Shown here: piece after piece, positions 59,745 to 64,000 of the stretch
Layout: every line of letters starts with the position of its first letter
How positions within the stretch are numbered: the stretch's first letter is position 1
NCBI GenBank assembly: GCA_965248145.1
Contig: OZ252091.1
Location: 3,425,291-3,489,290, forward strand
DNA length: 64,000 nt
Reading direction: 5' to 3'
Source: Gammaproteobacteria bacterium
GTDB taxonomy: Bacteria; Pseudomonadota; Gammaproteobacteria; Eutrophobiales; Eutrophobiaceae
Notes under the pieces: generated by a model
Database searches by the model: none
The model's input: only the letters and a program-made list of their open reading frames with translations
Told to the model about the DNA's origin: nothing
Program-made: the position numbers and the translations under genes

Positions 59745-60692
59745 ATGATTATTGAAAACCAGGAACAAATCACTCAGGTCGTACTAAACGAACTGCAACG
59801 TATCGAGGAGCCTCGTCTTAAGGAACTTCTATCTGCCGTAGTACGGCATTTGCATGAGCTCGCCCGTGAAGTACAACTGACGGAGGCAGAATTTCGTCAG
59901 GCCTGCGCTGTTATCGCGAAAGCAGGGCAGTTGACTGACGTAAGCCATAATGAAGTGGTACTACTGGCCGGTACTTTGGGTATATCGTCATTGGTGTGTC
60001 TCCTGAACAACGGATGTGGGCAGACTGAAACGACGGCCAATTTGTTAGGCCCATTCTGGCGTGAACACTCGCCACTGACAGAGAACGGTGGGTCAATCGT
60101 ACGTTCGCCCACAATCGGAACGCCGCTCTTTGTGACTGCGACGGTCAAAGATAGCGCTGGAAACCCGATCATCGATGCAGAAATTGATGTCTGGAATACG
60201 TCAGCAGAAGGCTTATACGAGAATCAGGACCCCACTCAGGCTGATATGAATTTACGCGGCAGATTGCACACGGATGAAAACGGCCAAATCAATTTTCGCA
60301 CCGTGAAACCCGCGGCTTATCCGGTTCCCGTGAATGGCCCGGTCGGTGACCTGCTCAAAGTGCAGGGTCGCGCCAATATGAGGCCGGCGCACATGCATTT
60401 CCTTATTCACAAACCAGGTTATAAAACACATATTTCACAGGTGTATGTCAATGGTGACCCCTACCTGGAAACCGATGCGCAGTTCGGCGTCACCCGGGCG
60501 CTGATCGGTGATTATGTTTATCACGAAAACGAAACGGCGCCGGACCCTGAAGTCACCGGACCCTGGTTCTCCCTGGATTTCACTTTTACTATAGAGCCGG
60601 GCGATGATGCAATGCCGAAAGCGCCGATTTCAGGAAGAGTAGAAGGCAACCAAAGGCCGCAGCAGGAAGTTTGGGAACGATTGTTGCGTTAA
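59745..60692 (+). CDS. Intradiol ring-cleavage dioxygenase (hydroxyquinol/catechol 1,2-dioxygenase family)
   Basis: LGPF, G.YENQD, YPVP, RPAHMHF iron ligands. Confidence 0.9.
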   Translation: MIIENQEQITQVVLNELQRIEEPRLKELLSAVVRHLHELAREVQLTEAEFRQACAVIAKAGQLTDVSHNEVVLLAGTLGISSLVCLLNNGCGQTETTANLLGPFWREHSPLTENGGSIVRSPTIGTPLFVTATVKDSAGNPIIDAEIDVWNTSAEGLYENQDPTQADMNLRGRLHTDENGQINFRTVKPAAYPVPVNGPVGDLLKVQGRANMRPAHMHFLIHKPGYKTHISQVYVNGDPYLETDAQFGVTRALIGDYVYHENETAPDPEVTGPWFSLDFTFTIEPGDDAMPKAPISGRVEGNQRPQQEVWERLLR

Positions 60693-61073
60693 ACAACTTA
60701 ACCTATCTATGACATCAGCAGGCTGTCTGGTGATTAACGCTACTTGTAAGGAAGATAACGATTTTGAAATTGTCGGCATACTCAAACAGGAGGTCTATTG
60801 GAATTTACGGAGCAAATAATAACATCAACCTATTTTTGTTATATTTCAAGATGGGGTATTTTTGTAACTTATTGTTTTTACTTACCTTAAGGAAGAAATC
60901 ATATTTTCTTGTCTCGTTTTCCATGCTTGCGGCAGTTGGACAATGATATAAAATCTGATATAAATCAACTAGCTATATATATCCCTATATATTTGATAGT
61001 TCGACCGATTTTCCCTATAATTGAATATCCAGTGAGTTTACATTAACTTACTGAACCTCGGGAGAAAAATACC

Positions 61074-61259
61074 ATGATTGCAAAGAGAGGCTCCAAAACG
61101 GCAGAGCTTGCTACTATTCGTGAATTTCAAGAGATAGACATCAGCAAAATTTCCAGTCCCGTGCTTGTCGAACTGATCGAGGAAGTACGTAATGAAGAAG
61201 TGACAATGGCAACACAGCTATACAATAGGACGCATAATCGGCATAACCGCGGCCGCTAG
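61074..61259 (+). CDS. yhhA: Cyclophane-containing RiPP precursor (YhhA-type triceptide)
   Basis: 61 aa; leader SPVL.ELIEEVR; core YNRTHNRHNRGR; GGGAG RBS; upstream of a radical SAM gene. Confidence 0.85.
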   Translation: MIAKRGSKTAELATIREFQEIDISKISSPVLVELIEEVRNEEVTMATQLYNRTHNRHNRGR

Positions 61260-61338
61260 CCGGTATATCTCACAGAGGACATTATAATCGTGCCAGATTA
61301 TTGGCGCTCGCCAGCACAGGCTTTAATATGGACGGGGC

Positions 61339-62511
61339 GTGGCGACCAAAAGCACAGGCATTAGAAAAATCTCGGGTGGGCCGCCAGCAGTGATAGAAAT
61401 AGATACGGTTCTCATTAAAGCCGTGAGCCGTTGCAACATCAATTGCAGCTACTGTTACGTCTACAATATGGGAGATACGAACTGGGCGAATATACCCAAG
61501 TACATGTCTCGAAAGACGATCGAAGCGACAGTACTGGCTGTCAGTGAATTAGCACGCACGCAACAACGTCGTTTTGCTGTGGTGCTCCATGGTGGTGAGC
61601 CTCTATTGCTAGGTCAGGAAAAACTTGCTTTTCTACTTTCAAGACTGCGTTCTGTTCTGCCAGTTGAATATCCATTGAGCATCCAGACTAATGGTATGTT
61701 GATCACCGAAGAAATGCTTGATGTATGTTCCACCTACCATGCAAACCTAGGTATCAGCATTGATGGACCGAAATACCTTCACAACCGTCACCGCGTTGGT
61801 CATCAGGGTGAGGGTACGTTCGACAGAGTTTTGGCAGGTATTGAATGTTTGCGAATACATCGGGCCGCGGAACAGCTTTATGCAGGGTTGTTAGCTGTCA
61901 TTGACCCGACTTCCAGTCCTAGTGAGGTATACCATTTCTTCAAAGCTATTGGAGCGCCAAGCATCGACTTTCTTTATCGCGACGGAAATCATTCTCAGTT
62001 GCCTTATGGCAAAACGTCGTTTCAATCTACGGAGTATGGCCTGTGGCTTGCCGAGTTGCTGGACGTCTATCTCGCAGATCCGACACCCATCCGCATACGT
62101 CTACTTGACGATATGATAAAACTCATCCTAGGTGGCCGAGGAACAAAGGAAGGGATGGGAAACGCTGAGTTTGGTATTGTCATCATCGATACAGATGGTT
62201 CGATAAGAAAAAACGACACCCTCAAGAGTAACTTTAATGGCGCTGATCATTTTGAACAGCGATGGTCAGTACATAAGCATCACTTCACCGATTTGACAGG
62301 CACAGTTGAGTTTGAAACATACCATTCCCTCCAACGCCCAACCGCTTCTGCGTGTCTTTCCTGTCCTGAATTGCACGTGTGCGGAGGCGGTATGCCTGTA
62401 ACCCGCTGGCAGAACAGCAATGGTTACGATAACCCTTCTGTATATTGTGCTGACCAACTCTTGCTGATCGGCCACATTCGCAACCGGCTCACTGCTCTTA
62501 TGGCTGCATAA
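61339..62511 (+). CDS. yhhB: Cyclophane-forming radical SAM/SPASM peptide maturase
   Basis: CNINCSYC, HGGEPLL, QTNG, SIDGP, C..C....CGGG...NPSVYC. Confidence 0.88.
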   Translation: MATKSTGIRKISGGPPAVIEIDTVLIKAVSRCNINCSYCYVYNMGDTNWANIPKYMSRKTIEATVLAVSELARTQQRRFAVVLHGGEPLLLGQEKLAFLLSRLRSVLPVEYPLSIQTNGMLITEEMLDVCSTYHANLGISIDGPKYLHNRHRVGHQGEGTFDRVLAGIECLRIHRAAEQLYAGLLAVIDPTSSPSEVYHFFKAIGAPSIDFLYRDGNHSQLPYGKTSFQSTEYGLWLAELLDVYLADPTPIRIRLLDDMIKLILGGRGTKEGMGNAEFGIVIIDTDGSIRKNDTLKSNFNGADHFEQRWSVHKHHFTDLTGTVEFETYHSLQRPTASACLSCPELHVCGGGMPVTRWQNSNGYDNPSVYCADQLLLIGHIRNRLTALMAA

Positions 62512-62516
62512 GTTGC

Positions 62517-63110
62517 ATGAATATACCATTACGGTTATCAACCGTTAACGTATTTTCTGAACCATTTCGCTACTTGGTCTCTCCAGAAGCCCTCTGCCCT
62601 GACGTGAGTCACAGTGTACTGGAATGGCTTGAAGCCCATGAACTCTGGACACTGGTAGAAACTGACTTTTACGAACAATTTGAATTCAGTCTATGGGACG
62701 TTAAACTCCCATCGGAGCTTTCATTCTTGCGCGCGCCTGGTTTTTTAGCTGCAATTAAAATAAAGATTGAAAAGCTGTTTGAAATATCTCTGAGTGATCG
62801 ACTCGATATTACGGCGCACAAACTAATTCCGGGTCAACGGATCCGCCTCCATAACGATTTTATTCCCGGTGCTGAGACACATCGGTTATTTGTCCAATTC
62901 AACCGTGAATGGCATGATAATAATGGCGGGCTACTTGTGTTGTTCAACAGCTCTGACCCGACTGATATTCATAAGGTTTTCCAACCATTACACAACAGCG
63001 CATTTGGCTTTGCTATATCACACACCTCAAATCATGCCGTATCCACACTCCATGTGGGTGTACGCTTTACACTTGTCTTTTCGTTTTATGCGCAGAAAAA
63101 AATTGTATAG
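62517..63110 (+). CDS. yhhC: 2OG-Fe(II) oxygenase, RiPP tailoring
   Basis: HND...H facial triad (LHND, SNHAV), R.TLV; FYEQFEF motif. Confidence 0.82.
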   Translation: MNIPLRLSTVNVFSEPFRYLVSPEALCPDVSHSVLEWLEAHELWTLVETDFYEQFEFSLWDVKLPSELSFLRAPGFLAAIKIKIEKLFEISLSDRLDITAHKLIPGQRIRLHNDFIPGAETHRLFVQFNREWHDNNGGLLVLFNSSDPTDIHKVFQPLHNSAFGFAISHTSNHAVSTLHVGVRFTLVFSFYAQKKIV

Positions 63111-63993
63111 CGTTCCTGATAGGATCAAGGCTTCTCTAACAAACCTACAATCAGTTCCTTGGTTGCCGCAACTGACGCCTACGCTCGTAGAAAACGCCGA
63201 GGAAACTTTACATTCTCGCACAGGCATTTCGGCTCCAGGCTACGGAACGGGGCGCGTGTTAGCTGGTCAATCTGATACACCACGCTATATCACAGCATAT
63301 CTGCCAATATGTCCGAATATAAAGAACACACCAGCCATGTTGATAGAAATTCTAACGCTAGAAGACAGACATCGATACAACGATATAGGTCTCGATTTCT
63401 ATACTGCGGATGAAACAAAGCATCCTGCTGTATTCAACTGCTTGCAAGAAGCTGTCAATCTCTTGCGTTATGAGCCGACGTTACAAACAACGATTACGGC
63501 CCTGGTAAGGGTTTGTCACGTTCTGAAACCCGGAAACGATGATTACGATGTGAGCCACAGCGACCCTGAAATACCGTTTTCCATATTCGTATCCATTCCC
63601 CAGGAGCGCAGATCAAACGATGTTTTACGCGTTGCCGAATCCATCGTACATGAAGCGATGCATTTACAATTAACGCTTATAGAGTTCGACTTACCTCTTG
63701 TTGATATGTTTTCCTCTACCCATTTTTCTCCTTGGAAAGATATGTTCCGTCCCTCTCAAGGAGTGCTGCATGCATTGTACGTTTTTCGGGTCATCGATAG
63801 ATTTTACGAACGATTGCAGACCCTTTCCATGCTTTCTGTCTCTGAAGTGAGTTATATAAACAACCGGCGTGAAGAAATCTCTCGGCAGATTAGTGAGATC
63901 GGAAAGTTCAAGGAATGTCCGGCACTCTCGACATCAGGCTCTGAATTTGTGCGGAGACTCATGACCTCAGAAAATCCTGGGTCATCGAACTGA
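63088..63993 (+). CDS. HExxH-motif (aKG-HExxH type) RiPP-associated protein
   Basis: SHSDP..PF..F, ESIVHEAMHLQL, SPWK...RP..G.LHA.YVF; start uncertain (63088 ATG or 63103 TTG). Confidence 0.82.
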   Translation: MRRKKLYSVPDRIKASLTNLQSVPWLPQLTPTLVENAEETLHSRTGISAPGYGTGRVLAGQSDTPRYITAYLPICPNIKNTPAMLIEILTLEDRHRYNDIGLDFYTADETKHPAVFNCLQEAVNLLRYEPTLQTTITALVRVCHVLKPGNDDYDVSHSDPEIPFSIFVSIPQERRSNDVLRVAESIVHEAMHLQLTLIEFDLPLVDMFSSTHFSPWKDMFRPSQGVLHALYVFRVIDRFYERLQTLSMLSVSEVSYINNRREEISRQISEIGKFKECPALSTSGSEFVRRLMTSENPGSSN

Positions 63994-64000
63994 ATTGGGC

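Noticed and set aside
60764-60946. 60-aa ORF upstream of the RiPP precursor as a second precursor
   Set aside because: TTG start, AT-rich low-complexity translation, and no leader or core similarity to the real precursor
62869-63087. Upstream extension of the HExxH ORF
   Set aside because: It overlaps the 2OG oxygenase gene in another frame; a start near 63088-63103 is more plausible

Overview
Roughly 55% GC bacterial chromosome segment, probably proteobacterial. It is dominated by catabolic genes for aromatic, N-heterocyclic and amide compounds: three Rieske oxygenases, two molybdenum hydroxylase operons, amidases, a meta-cleavage-type hydrolase and an intradiol dioxygenase. Housekeeping-type genes include korAB, phnW, mtnA, ltaE and yceI/cytochrome b561. 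Accessory elements are a tRNA-Arg(TCG), HigBA and VapBC toxin-antitoxin pairs, a truncated third toxin, two convergent Fic genes with periodic upstream motif arrays, and a complete IS1634-family element. An AT-richer islet encodes a desaturase-GH3 fusion and an enolase-family enzyme. At the right edge is a YhhABC-type cyclophane (triceptide) RiPP cluster with an HExxH enzyme. Seven copies of an ~85-bp REP/REPIN-like palindrome lie at gene 3' ends; two supply stop codons, one hosts the IS and one abuts the truncated toxin. All calls come from motif recognition by eye, with no database search, and GC contrasts are visual estimates.
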